DNA of 60,454 nucleotides, counting the filler, from Sphacelaria rigidula (taxonomy: Eukaryota): assembly GCA_964200075.2 (NCBI GenBank). It is 5 parts of 5 records of this genome, joined end to end, with 100 filler letters (N's around TTAATTAATTAA, not from the genome) between each part and the next. Parts side by side here need not be neighbours in the genome. Positions count along the whole stretch, not along the records: positions 12,113 to 24,124 come from CAXNAA020004231.1; positions 24,225 to 36,235 come from CAXNAA020004232.1; 3 more parts are not named here. One strand, written 5' to 3'. A program made the position numbers and the translations under genes. Positions within the stretch are counted from its first letter, which is position 1; each line of letters begins with the position of its first letter. The notes beneath the pieces were generated by a model. That model did not search any database, was not told where the DNA came from, and was given only the letters and a program-made list of their open reading frames with translations. Shown piece by piece: positions 12,013 to 24,298 of this stretch.

Positions 12013-12112
12013 NNNNNNNNNNNNNNNNNNNNNNNNNNNNNNNNNNNNNNNNNNNNTTAATTAATTAANNNNNNNNNNNNNNNNNNNNNNNNNNNNNNNN
12101 NNNNNNNNNNNN
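12013..12112. other. Artificial contig linker
   Basis: N-run, TTAATTAATTAA (stops in all frames), N-run; 100 bp. Confidence 0.98.
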
Positions 12113-15100
12113 GTATGTCGGCCGTTCCGGCGGCAGTGAAATCTGCGGCGGTTACCGCGTACATGGACGCGTGGCGGCTAAAGCGGTCAGTGAAGAGTAA
12201 GATGTAGGTGTTGCCGCGACCTGTGGTCGGGAGAGGGCCGACGTAGTCAAAGGACACAAGGTGGCCGGGCTCGTCGGGGAGTCCCATAGAAATCACGGAC
12301 TAGCGTACTGTCTGTCGTGAAGTGTTTCGGACTTGGCATTTAAAGCATCGCCGAATCCAGAAGCGGGTTGAATTTTCCATGCCAACCCACCAGTAGAAGC
12401 GTTCCAAGAGCGCGAGGGTGCGGGTGACGTCAAGGTGACATGACAAGTCTGTGTGACAGCCTTTCATGACCCAGTGACGCATAAATAATGGCACATATAT
12501 GCGCGTTGGTTCGTCATTGAGTAGTCGTGCGGTGCGTCCCGTAGTAGAGGCGGCAATTGCGTCTGCCAAGGGCGTGGGCCGACGTACGAGTAGTTGCACG
12601 CCTTCGTCCGTAGTAAAAAGGGTGCCTTCACGCACGAGCTCGTATACGTCAGAAATAACTGGCGGTGGCAGTGTGCCAAGCGGGGCCAGAAGTGTGGACG
12701 GAAAAGAGACTGGACAGTCAAGTTGTAAGTACCGGATGGCTGCGCGACATACCGGTTCTGGGTTCTGTTCGCGAGCCCAATCGCGGTGGGAGTAGCTGGC
12801 GAGAAACTCGCGTAGTTGACCTTCCGCTGGCGAGCCGACCAAACATGGTAGGGCAGGCGGCGGGGGAATAAAATAGGCGACGGGGCAGAAATGCCGACGT
12901 CAATATCTGTTCCGGGAGCAGGGGACGAGTCGTCAGTTCCGTGCTCGGGGGCAGAGGATGGTTGCGGCGCAGTTATTGGCGGCGGGGTTGTATCAGTGCG
13001 CGGCGAAGGTTGTCCGCGGCGCGTGGCGCACGGTGCAGAAGGTTTCGCGGAGCTTTGCGTGTTAGTCCGCGGAACTTGTGCTGGGTGGCTCATAGAGGTT
13101 GCAGGTTTTGTCGGTGGCGGCGAGGCACTCGGTGTGGTGCGGGCGGCAGACCGGGAGCGCGTGTTGTCGGAGATGAGGTGGGTGACTGGGGGTGTCTCCG
13201 TGAAGAATTTCGCGCGAGTATCGGAAGTGCGAAAATCGACAAAATCGGAGGTAGTGGGCTTGAACCCACGCACGACGGCGTCATATGGTAGAGGACGAGC
13301 TCCTCCTATATGCATACCGTTTTTCGGGCACTGGAGGTCGAGGGCGTAAACGGGCGTTGAAAAACGTCTGATCGCGTAAATTCCGGGTTCATCGGGTTCA
13401 GTTAAAGGGCAAGCCGGACTGGAATCTACGGCCGTAGGCGGCAGAGGTAACCGGCAAAGAAGATCCGCGTTCCCGTTGGTTTTGCCTGGACGGTGCTTAA
13501 GGGTATACTGGTATGCTGTTAGAAACTCCAAACATCGTTGTACACGAGGGTTGTGTTCACCAACCTTGGCGAGATGTTCAAGTGCGCCGTGATCCGTATA
13601 GATCTCGAAGGGCACGTGAAACAGATATTGCCGAAGGCGCTTAATGGCCCAAGTGGTTACTCCGCCTTCCAGTTCCAGCGGGCTCCAATTGGCCTCGTTG
13701 GGCAGGGTAGCGCGGCTGATATAAAGGATGGGTCGGACAAAGCCATCAACCTGAGGTTGATTCAAAACTCCGCCAAACCCGTTTGTGCTGGCGTCAGTAT
13801 GGAGTTGGAAAAGGCGGGAGCCATTTTGTACTGCCTCCCGATCAGGAAAGCAAAGTACAGGCTTTTCGGTAGGCGTCTTGAGTAATTCGTGGGTGATATT
13901 CTCCATTTCTGTGGTGAAAGAAAACACGGCTCCTTTCTTAAGTAGCTCAGTAAGGGGGCGAATCCGTTTCGATAAATTCGGCAAACATTTGCGGTAGTAG
14001 GATAGCCCGCCCAACAATGAGCGAAGTTGACAAATGTTAGTTGGCACCGGTGAATCAGTCATCGCCTTGACTTTGTTTGTATCCGGATGCAGGCCCGCTG
14101 GCGAAATGGAATGCCCCAAGAAATCCAAGTCAATCGCACCAAGGCGAGCTTTGGATGGAGACAGTTTCAAATCGTGCGTGCGTAGGCGAGAGAGAACTTC
14201 GTAAAGTGCGTATATGTGCAATAGGTGAGGCATCGAAAGCGATAGCGTTATCCAAGTACATGATAATGTGCTCGAGGCCCTCGGTGACGCGTTGCATTAA
14301 GCGTTGAAAGCATCCCGGGGCAGTGGCGGCGCCTTGTGACATTCGAAGCCACTCCTAGAGTTCGGACGGAGTGCAAAAAGCCGTCAGTGGAACTGTGACA
14401 GGGTGTATAGCATTCTGAAAAAATTCAGAAGCGAGGTCGAAGGTGCTGAATATTTTTCCTTCGCCTAAGGAGTCGAAGACTTCATCAATGCGGGGAATTG
14501 AAAGTTTACCGACTACAGTGACGCGGTTCAACCGTTGATAATTCACGGTTATGCGTGAGGTATCTTACGATAGGGGAGGGGGCATTTCGGGCCATTTCTT
14601 GCACGAAATTTCAGGTAAAATCGTCGTAGAAAGCAGCAACGGTTGCTCGATCAAGCTTGTTATAGATACGTGACGCTCATTCATGCCGACTGACATCATT
14701 TGTAACCAAATACAAGTGCAGCGCGAGTGTGGCAGGTCATCTGACAGACTTATAAGCCTCTTCATTCGTGCAATCAAATACCCCCCCCCCCTATCGTAGG
14801 ATGACTCGCGTATGTTTCCATTCTTTTTGGGAATGACCACAAGGGGCGAGGCCCAAGGGGAGGAGGAATGTTGTATTAGTCCCGCTCCCAAATACGCATC
14901 CAAGATGACGATAACTTTCGTGGTGAGGATTGGGTTGGTACGGTATGGCCGAGAAGAAATCGGTGAGACACCAGGTTGGAGGGTAACCTCAAAGGGCAGA
15001 GTGTTGCAATGCCCAAGATTCGTCGTGGATCGAGAAAATCGATCTTGGTACTGTAGCAGGACATCCCTGAGTTCTTGGATGACTGCCGGTTTCCAGCTGG

Positions 15101-16632
15101 GCCCATGAAGGTCAAAATTGATGTCGTGCATGTGTGGCGGCAGTTGGTTCCACATGTGCAAGAAACTATTCCGAGAATCTGGTAATAAGCGTTGAAGCAC
15201 TTCAGCAGGAGGATCGGAATTCGACTGGGCAGGATCCACGGTGTGGACCTGGGGTGGAGTCGCGGAGGCGAGGTCGAAATAGGGTTCATCGGCACAATGG
15301 ACTGACTCCGCCGGAGATGTGGCGTTTGGCGCGGCAGGCTCTGTGACGCACGTCTCGAGTGGGATGTGCATCAGGAGAGCAGCGGCGATTCCTGAGACAT
15401 CGCCGGGTTCCAAGTCAGTATGGCCCGTAAGAGGGGGGAGTTGTTGTCCCGCTGACACAAAATGTTCTGTGTCGGCTGGTGCGCCAATACGGAGTACCAT
15501 TTCGGCAAGAGAATGACCCGTAAGTGCTGGCATGCCATTTCGGCGAACGAGTGCAACTTCAAGAAGTTGGGGGTCGTCGGAGAGTGAAATACCCACACTA
15601 CCGTTATATCTTAGGTGGTAAGCAGCTCCGGTTGCTCGAGGATTCTTCTGATAAGCCAGGGCGCCGTGGAGAGTACCGAAGTGCTCGAGGTTAAATTCTC
15701 CACGAGGCGTGGAATGTGGCGTTAGTGGTGGGAGCGTGCGGTAGGTTCGTTTATTCAACCGCATATAGCTGTCTCTGCCCAATATATGGCGTGGTGCATT
15801 GTGCTGTCGGGGACAATGTATACCCAGACTGCCAGGCTAGCAGATCGAGTGGTGTTGTGAAAGAATTGTACACTGAGACGTACGGATTTCCGTGCGTCAG
15901 TGGCGCGGCAGAATCACCGAAACTGCCCCACACGCGAGGTTTGGTGGTGGTTTCACAAGCTGCAGTAGCAGCGCCAGTCTGTTTCATGTGTTTCCATGTT
16001 GATTCTCGAATAAATGTTTACGAGCTGCCGCTGTCCAACAAGGATACGCATTTTGTAGGCGTGATGGCGTTTGGACCGGCGTGGATCGCAACGCGAGTAG
16101 TGAAAGCGGCCGGATCTACAGGCACTTCGCCGCCGACAAGATCCGGACCATGTTCCGGCAAGGTAAACTGGTCAGGATCAGTGGGGCTGACAGCAAGAAC
16201 GCACGGCGGATGATCCGCCAGTGGGTCAGATGTTTCACCAGGGAAGGGAGTGGACGGTCTATTATTTCCAGGTGTGGCACGGTCATTGGCGATTTCGTAA
16301 ATGATCGTCTTTGGTCGACAGGGATCACCGTCAAAGGGGGATCCAGAATGTGCGGGGCTGGAGCCGTCGATTGAAGAAGTAGTGCCGTCAGAATCATGTG
16401 ATTTGTTTTCTCCCGGGATACTCGATAGAGCCGTCGAGTTCAAAGTCGTCGCATTTCGGAGAGATTGAGGTCGAGGATTTCCGCTCGAAAGAGGTGTACG
16501 TAATGATGCGCGCGCGTCCTTAGGGGCGCGCTTACGGGGCTTTCTTTTTCGCCGTGACAAAGGTCGGGGAACTTCCAAAACATTTGGGGATGAAACCACA
16601 ACTGCGTCCAGTTGCGTGGATGGGGTCAGCAT
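12113..16632 (-). pseudogene. Gypsy pol (protease, RT, RNase H, integrase) with stops, frameshifts and a MITE insertion
   Basis: Fragments in ORFs 16018-16632, 14565-15782, 14355-14546, 14130-14342, 12464-14233, 12300-12842 and 12113-12296. Confidence 0.92.
14557..14807. mobile_element. 251-bp MITE with GAG...CTC termini and 4-bp TSD (GCGT), inserted in the gypsy RT
   Basis: TIRs GAGGTATCTTACGATAGGGG / GAGTCATCCTACGATAGGGG. GCGT lies at 14553-14556 and 14808-14811. Excision restores KKNGNIRITVNYQRLN in frame. Confidence 0.92.
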
Positions 16633-17009
16633 CGGGGCATGACGGAGCGACTCTTGTGGCTGCTTTTCGTAGGCAAATTCGGCTGTTGGGGCATAGCCGA
16701 AGATATGTTGGGGCGGTTGTTAATAAAACCGACCGAAGGTAGGTCCGTGCGTCTTGAAAATTGCGGAGAAGAAGCCCGATCGAACTGATTAGGAATCACA
16801 TGATCCGACGTGGTCAGGTTCAAATCAGCAACACTTGGGTCAGCTGAAAAAGGCTTGCTGCTACCTGTGCGTGCGGTCGCTGAGGGAAGCCGTTGCCTCA
16901 GGGACTAGCGGTTGGTCTTCCCACACCTCAGACTTATACTCGGTACTGAAGGACCAAGTTCAGTGCCGGGTGTAGGTCTGAGTCGCGGGGTGACACAACT
17001 GTTACGCGG

Positions 17010-17200
17010 TGTGTGGAGGGGTGAAGACAGGGGTCGATATGAACGGCCGTCAGTTGCATTCCTGCATAGTGCCGGGAGAGCCGGGCGGACAATCTTAGTC
17101 GCGGGCTCTGCAGGCTGTGTTGAAAATTGTGTGGAGGTTCGAGACGAGGGTCGATATGAACGGCCGTCAGTTACGCTCCTGGGTAGTGCCGGGAGAGTCG
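17010..17200 (+). repeat. Imperfect ~70-bp direct repeat between gag and protease
   Basis: GGGTCGATATGAACGGCCGTCAGTT...TAGTGCCGGGAGAG occurs twice about 118 bp apart. Confidence 0.85.
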
Positions 17201-17426
17201 AGTGAGCAATTTTTGACACCGGCTCCGCGGGCTGTGTTCAGAAAGTCTTCGCTCGTGCTATCGGCGGCGTGGAAGACCAAAGAACGCCGGCGTTGGCACG
17301 TCATGGATCTAGGCGATCCGCAGTGAAGGTACCAGGGTTTCTGGTGTTGGGATTAGAGCTTTGTGTCGGTCCCGTCCGCTGGTGTCTATCAGCGGGACGT
17401 TTGTTGTCGCGAGAATTTTTATCGTT

Positions 17427-20400
17427 CTAGCGAGGGCTTCCGTGATTGTTGTGGTGTCGGCGACCGTGATTAGATTTTTTGTTGCCACGTTGTTTCGAAT
17501 TGTTGCGGTAATTTTGAGTTGGTGGACGATAGTCGCGCATGCGTTTTCGCCATCGGCGCCACGCGGGTTCATTGTCCTGCAATTCAGGGTTCATGAGATC
17601 AAAGGCATTGATGCATGGACTTTCACAGTCGCGCATGCTGTGGCCTTGAACACTAAAGTTGATGCAACTGTTGGCATAACTGCTGAAGGCATTGCGTCTA
17701 GCGGAAGACGAAAGAAGTGGGTTCCACAAATGGGGGTCATCGGTTATGAATGCCGTTGTTGAAGTCAGATAAACCTCATCCCAATTTTCCTCGGGAAACG
17801 GCCAACCGTCAAAACTCGCGCTAAATGCATCTCTGGTACCCTGAACGTGCACTACTGAACCGGCGACTGAGTCGGGGGTCCATGAAGCGCGAGACGAGCT
17901 CGAATTCCTGCCACGAGCCCCTTGGGCATGAGCGGAGGACACAACCGTGGGTTGTGAACGCACAGACGTTAAAGGTTTGCCACGTATGGCAGGTGTTAGA
18001 TTGCCCTCTTGGTGTACAAAAGCAGACCACATAGTATCAACGGAGGCGTAAGGCATCTCGCGATGCGCCAAAACACCCGGAAACAACGACGGCATCAGAG
18101 CCGGATGCTGTTGAGCAACGCTATTGCGAACGTAAGTCTAACACATTGCGTCACTCGGTCCGTTCTGACGTCCGACTCCCGTCGTACCCGAAACCAAAAG
18201 CTTAAATTCGCGGAGATAGTCCGCGAAAGGGACATCAGAGGCGACAACAAAGGAACCCAGCCTCTGGATGACACTAGCCTGGTCACTTTTATCGAAGTAA
18301 CCTATCAGACGCCTCTCCAAATCAGAGAGTAATACCGGGCCTGTCTTCCCCTTGGCACGATCCGGGTCCATCTCGGCGAGGAAGCCGTCGAGAATCTGCG
18401 TTAAAGAAGCAGCGAGGTCGGGAGAGCGGCGGCTGATCGATCGATCCATTGCTTTGTGCAAGGGGGTCTGCCAGCCCTCTACCCAGTCGGAGTCTTCGAA
18501 ACGTTGTGTACCAGTCACATCCGCCAAGTGAAGGATGTTACAAACAGTGCGGCGGATGGACGTGATGAGGGCAGACGTAAATTGACCCAAATCTTCGTTA
18601 TCCGCGGCAGACATGGCTTTGATATGCCAGAGGTTTTTCACATCTCTCTGAATATACTGTCTCTGTATTGCAGCTGCTCGGGTAGACTCAGCTCTATCCG
18701 AAGCTGCTTTTTTGCTAGCTTCCGAATGATCTTTGTCAGCCGCGGCGGTTGCTGAAGAGCGGGCCGCAGTAGAAGACAAAGGGCGGTCAGGTGTATTCGT
18801 ATCGGACAAACCTAATATGCGGGCCGATACATCAGCCAACTTAGGAACCACTTGCCTGGGGGTCTCCGAGCCCGAGGCGGCAAGATCTGCGCCGGACCGG
18901 TTCCAGGCCGATGCGGATGATCCGGACGAGTTACCTCCGGTGTTCTTGCCTTCCGGCTTGCGAGGCGGGCGGTTTGGTCCGGAACCGGCCGAAGAGGATC
19001 CTCCACCGCCACGGCGGCGGCGTGAATTCCCTCCATCGTTATCATCGTCGTCGCGCCGGTGGTATTTCTTCTGTCCCCGGCAGGTGGATGTTGCGGGAGT
19101 CCACCCATCTTTATCTTCGTCACCGTCGATGGGAGCGCCGGGATGAGAGTTAGAAGCGGCGCGTAGCGCCGCAAATAGATTGGTGATAGTGTCAACATAA
19201 CGCTGGAGATGCGGACTATCGCCGATTGTCGCCTGAAGGACCAGTTGGCCCAAGGTGATCGCCAACACGCCATCGTCCGGGAAGAAGCCGCCCTGTTCCA
19301 CGTAGCCACCAACAACCGCTAACATGCGTTGGGATATGGTGTTCCAAGCGTGGCGGGAACAGTGCAGGTGGTTGTTTCGGTGGAAGGGACCAGTATAGTC
19401 GGCCGCAGACCGAGAAAGCCACATTCGCTCTTGTGGTGCAGGTTGCAGGCCTGTGGTGGGGCTGGCAGTGACCGCCGGGCCAGGTGCACGAGGCCGTGTG
19501 GGGGCGGCGGCGGCCGCGACAGATGACGCCCTGTCGGACTTACGTGGTATCACGTAGTCCGACCTGGTAGGCGTGGCTGTCGAGGAGGTCGAGCGTCGAG
19601 CAAGCGGTCGGCGGAAGGCGGCGGCGAGACTTGATGGTGAGTCACCCGCGCCATCGACGAATCTGCTGCTTGTGTAGTGCGCCGAACATGATGTTGTAGC
19701 TCGCGAACCCTTCTCTGTGCAGTCAAGGCTGCAGTCTGCCCTTCCTGCAATGCTCTGTGCGCCGCCGTCTTGGTGGTTTGGGCGATTGAAGCCTGTCACT
19801 GAAAATCCTCCAGCTTGGCAGCATGTTCCTCCCAAAGGAGGCGGGCAGCAGCCTCGTCAGCATCGCGTTGCTGGTCGAGTATGTTGCGGGCTAGCGCCGG
19901 GGCTTGGTATGCATAGTCGTGAATGAGCTTTTCTTGCTCCGCGCGGGGGCGGTCCCTGAATAACCTCAAGAGAAGTCTGGTGGGGCAATGCTCGTCGCCG
20001 AGCGGAGGAAGATCCTCCATTGAAGGAGGCGAGCACACGGAGACGTCCCCGACAGGGCCAGTGGTGGGGTCACTATCCGCATCTGTGTCTACTGCAGGCT
20101 GGGCGGCAGCAGGAGTTCGGGCCGTGGCTGCAGTGGCAGCGGCAGAAGGCGCAGTGACCACGGTAGTGGCGGCTGCGGCGGTAGTGGGAGCGGCGTTGGT
20201 GGTTTCCGTCGTGGGCGTAGCAGCAGAAGTAGTGCATTTGGTTTCCATGGTTGCTGTTGCGAGTTGTCGTTCAAGATCTGTCAAACGTTGTTGCAGATAA
20301 AGAATAAGCGCAGCGTCGGAACGGGACGGTGGTTCGCGGTCAGTGCGTGGTCGTCGCTTGTGCGATGAGGTGCGGCCGGATCCCCCAATTGAGGATTCCA

Positions 20401-21514
20401 TACCCGGTGACACGTCCGAAAATATATTTAGGATATCATCAGCATGTACAGTGTTATCATTGCGTACATGACGGCTGTGTGACAATTGCTGAGCAGGAGA
20501 GATGCGCGAAGGTGCATGATCGGTGTTTTTCGAGCGCGAGTTAACGCGCGAAGACCTTGATCTGTGCCGCAAGGCATTCTCGTGAGTACGTTCACAGTTA
20601 GCATTCACCGGGCGCTGGGGAGCGCGTGATGAGTTGGAGCTGTGACGTGAACCGCCGTCGTAAGTGTAACCACGAGGGACGTGCTTCGGACGTGTGGAAA
20701 CGCGCGATGAATTCAAGCTTTGCTGGGAGTTGCCCTTAGAAGTGCCAGAACGGGAGACGTGGTCGTGACCAAATCTTGATGTGCGGCGCCGGTCAGAAGC
20801 GCGAATAAGGCTCTGCTGCAACGTTGAGGAAGGGCTGGACTCATGTTCGTTGAATTTATCATAAGTGACGAACGGGGGGCGCGATGTCGGCGAACGGGAC
20901 GCCAGACGTACGGGTTTGGGCGTGACAGGTGCAGAGTCATTATCACATTGCACATGAGCAGACGCCGATTGATCTTGGAGCGTTGCGTGGCAAAATGCCG
21001 TAAAAACCTCGATGAGGGCTGGCGCTGGCGATGGCGACGACGCCGAGGAGGTGTGATGCAGAGTTTGCATGGCAGCATGCATGGGCACAACTGCCGGTCC
21101 GACATTGGATTGTGCAGTAGGGCGCATGGGACTATCGAGAGTCGTGCGAAGGGGGTCCGTAACGGAAGCAGCCCGTGTGACAAAGTCTCTTGCTCCAGAA
21201 GCGATGCGCTTCGTCGGGACAGAATCGTCTCGAGAGTTGGCAGCCGTCAAGCGACGGGGTGCCACGGTTGAAGCAACCGGTACAGGGTCAAGCTGGACAC
21301 GTGTGTCCAGGGACAACGACGCGACTGAGGGCACAATCCTAACTCCGGATTCCACATTGGGATTCGGGAGAGCAGGGGCCAGCGAGGGGTGTGCGACGGA
21401 ATCCACCGTTATGGGCTCACTGACATGTCCGTCAGGAACCAATGACTCGGCCGGTTGCACTACCATGTTCTCTGAGTCCGGGTCGGAACGTGAGAGAACA
21501 GGTCTCGGCGTCAA
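17427..21514 (-). pseudogene. Very long gag-like region of the gypsy element
   Basis: ORFs 19796-21514 and 19550-19750 share a frame across one stop, as do 18138-19835 and 17427-18095. The region ends in a degenerate CCHC knuckle and a basic tail. Confidence 0.7.
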
Positions 21515-23549
21515 AGCCTTGTCTTCAAGCTTTGAAGAAGGAGCTTTGCTCGAAAGTTGGTCTTCAGATCCCGAAGATGGAACAGCGCTCGCATACGTGC
21601 GGCGATGAGTTCAAGGTGACGTGCCACTCTTCTTGAAAAATTGCGAACCGCCAGTAGTTTGACCCCGGGTCCGGCGAAGCGGTTGGTTTCCCAATTGAGG
21701 CGAAGAGCCAGCGTTATTTCTGTGCGACATTATAATCGTACGGAGCCTTGGTCCTTAAAAAGGAAGGTGCAGTGTGTCTAATCTGTGGGCTCTAATCAAA
21801 GGAGCGTGACACCAAGAGATGCTACGTGCAAAAGCCGAAGCGTGCATCCGGAAATACTGGATAATGAAGCCTAATAGCGCCTGGGGGGACCGTGGGATCT
21901 GATTTACTTGAGTAATTTATTCAAGGAAGTTGCTGGAGTTGCTGTTTGTAACAACTATGTCCGGGGTCTGATTAATACAACTTTATTCAAGTTGTGGCGA
22001 TAATAGCTAGCACGGGGTTGTGCACAGAACAGACGTATGTCGTCGAAGACAAGCGAAGACCCGATTGTCTGTAGCAGCGTTGGTACGTGGAAGAACAACT
22101 TACAATTGTTCCGTGTGCAGCGTCACGGGCAGACTATAACTGTATGATCCCAGCACAAGTTGAGGGACGACTGGCTGTGTGCAAATGAAACGAATTATAT
22201 ATATATATATGTATATACTTCTCAGGTGCGCACGAAAACTGTGCAGCGTAAGGCAGCACAGAAGCTTTTACAAAGCTTGGGTTGTAGACCGCGAAATCGG
22301 ACTGCGTAGTGAAGACTTGTTATCTTACGAAGTTGAGACAACGTATGTATGTGGAACAAAGGTGATGTGATGCACGACGGGAGCAACGCTGAGAACGGGT
22401 GCCGAAAATATTGTAGTGCACAGGCAAGGGGCACCGATTCCGAGTGCTGTCTGTTTAAATAAGCACGTAACGGAAGTTGGAACGTTTCAACTAGTAGTAT
22501 TTCAACGAAACCGCCTTGGAACAATAAATTTGTTCGTTCGAGAAGGGTTCAAAGGAGAAAAACTCACAGTACGTTGTGCTACGTATTGTCACTTACCGCA
22601 GTGGTGTATCGCGTTGCCCTTCGGTTGTGCGAAGTACAGAAGAGGACAACAACAAGAAAGTAGCCACAAGGGACGAAGCTAAAGCTACAACAACAACAAG
22701 GTAGCTACAAGCAACGAAGTTAAAATGCCGGAACGAGTCCAAATTTCGTGTACAGGTGTCCATTGTCACAATGTGAGAGCACGGGTTGTACTTGTTCGCA
22801 AATTTCGTGAAGGAAAGATACAGCAGTCGCGTACAATCGATACTGAAAAATATGAGCAGTAGCGTGTGCTGTTTTGGTTGAAGCTCAGGTCAGCGACAGC
22901 GGCTGGCTATGAACAACAGTGCGCCTTTGTGCACTGGTGCTTTGTACAAACCTGTAGTAGAAGACCCCTTCAGCAGAAGGAAAGGGGGCCACAAGACCAA
23001 AAACACGAGCCAACGATGAGTTGGCACGTTGGACGTGCCTGGCGGGATGAATCACAAAGAGATCCGCAACGTGCAGTCGGAAATGGTACCGTGCGGCCTT
23101 GTGCAGGTGATGTCAAAATTGACAGTACGACAAGGATAGTAACCAGGGCGCGTTGACCCCACGTTGACCACACGTAGCACAAGATGTGCAGTCGAGCGCT
23201 ACAGCAAGTTGCAAGTAGCAGGGCACGAATACACTTTACCGAGAGACACACAGGGCAGAAGCTTTTAGAGCTACTGACTACCTGGGCGGTAGATATGACT
23301 AAAACTGTCCTGAAGGGAACGCAAGGGAGAAAATATATATATATATATATAAAATCTGAGGCTACACAGCTGGGCAGCAGGGGTACAAATCGAGAGCAAG
23401 AAGGAAACGCAATAGCCAAAGAAGAAACTCCTTAGTTAAACACCCATGTAATGAGGAGCGAGCGGTAATATAATGCAAGGACACAGCTTGCAACCCAAGG
23501 CACAAGCTTGGCAGGCAAGTGTACAACCGTCAGGCTGCTACAATTTGTA

Positions 23550-23934
23550 GATACCATGTGACCTGCTCAGCATCCAAATATCAGACGAGGTTTCACGCAA
23601 ATAGGTTCTTCACTTCTCCTTGGTTATCTTGATCTAACTCCAGTACCCACTCAATCAATCCAACCCGAACCAGCCAATATCTCTCACCGATGGTTAGACT
23701 ACCTTTCGCTGGCTAGCAGAGGGGAGCAGTTGGTAGTGCGAGGGATGGGCGAGCTATATCGGTTTCAGCCGATCTGTCTCGCCATCTCTTACCAATATAT
23801 AAACGCATATTCGTACCCGGCCGACTCCGAGCAGACCTGCGATCTTGGTTACCGAAACTCAAGGAAGCAACTAGCAAGACTCGACGACGGGTCTGAAGCA
23901 GCATGACAACAGGCTAGTATACGTCTTCATGACA
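23550..23934 (-). repeat. Putative 5' LTR (TGTCATG...GGTCACA, 23557-23934) followed by a short PBS-like TGGTATC
   Basis: The minus strand reads ...TCACA|TGGTATC, complementary to the tRNA-Met 3' end over only 7 nt. There is no second LTR in the window to confirm it. Confidence 0.3.
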
Positions 23935-23987
23935 ATAAGGATATCTACAGTCTCCGGCAGCTGACTACATCCACCAACACTTCGGCA

Positions 23988-24124
23988 GAGCAATGCTACG
24001 GTAGGGGTGCACTTTTTCCGCGAAATTTTGTCTGGTTCAGGGGCTCCTATCGATTCTAGACGCACAAGAATACGGGGTCAGGGCATCCCCGTTTGCAGAT
24101 TTATTCGAGATATCCCCAGCACAT
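23988..24124 (+). mobile_element. MITE family B, partial at contig end
   Basis: GAGCAATGCTACGGTAGGGG...CCCCAGCACAT matches 59877-60012. Confidence 0.88.
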
Positions 24125-24224
24125 NNNNNNNNNNNNNNNNNNNNNNNNNNNNNNNNNNNNNNNNNNNNTTAATTAATTAANNNNNNNNNNNNNNNNNNNN
24201 NNNNNNNNNNNNNNNNNNNNNNNN
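24125..24224. other. Artificial contig linker
   Basis: Same N/TTAATTAATTAA/N structure. Confidence 0.98.
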
Positions 24225-24298
24225 GTCTAGAATCGTGAGGAGCCCCTGAACCAGACAAAATTTCGCGAAAAAAGTGCACCCCTACCGTAGCATTGCTC
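24225..24298 (-). mobile_element. MITE family B, partial at contig start
   Basis: Ends CCCCTACCGTAGCATTGCTC, the reverse complement of the family B terminus. Confidence 0.88.

Larger units (their letters stand above)
12113..23934 (-). mobile_element. Ty3/gypsy LTR retrotransposon, degenerate, 3' end off-contig
   Basis: Domain order is gag, PR, RT, RH, IN. Motifs: zinc-knuckle relic CINFSVQGHSMRDC; protease LLDSGS; RT SPWASPLVVIPKKNG, IPRIDEVFDSL, FSTFDLASEFFQ, YLDN, FLGH; RNase H LHTDASTNGFGGVL, YTDHGAL, NGNADLLCRLP; integrase H...CH...RFYWW...CFKCQ and SFDYVGPLP...LLFTDRFSR. The right boundary is tentative. Confidence 0.93.
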
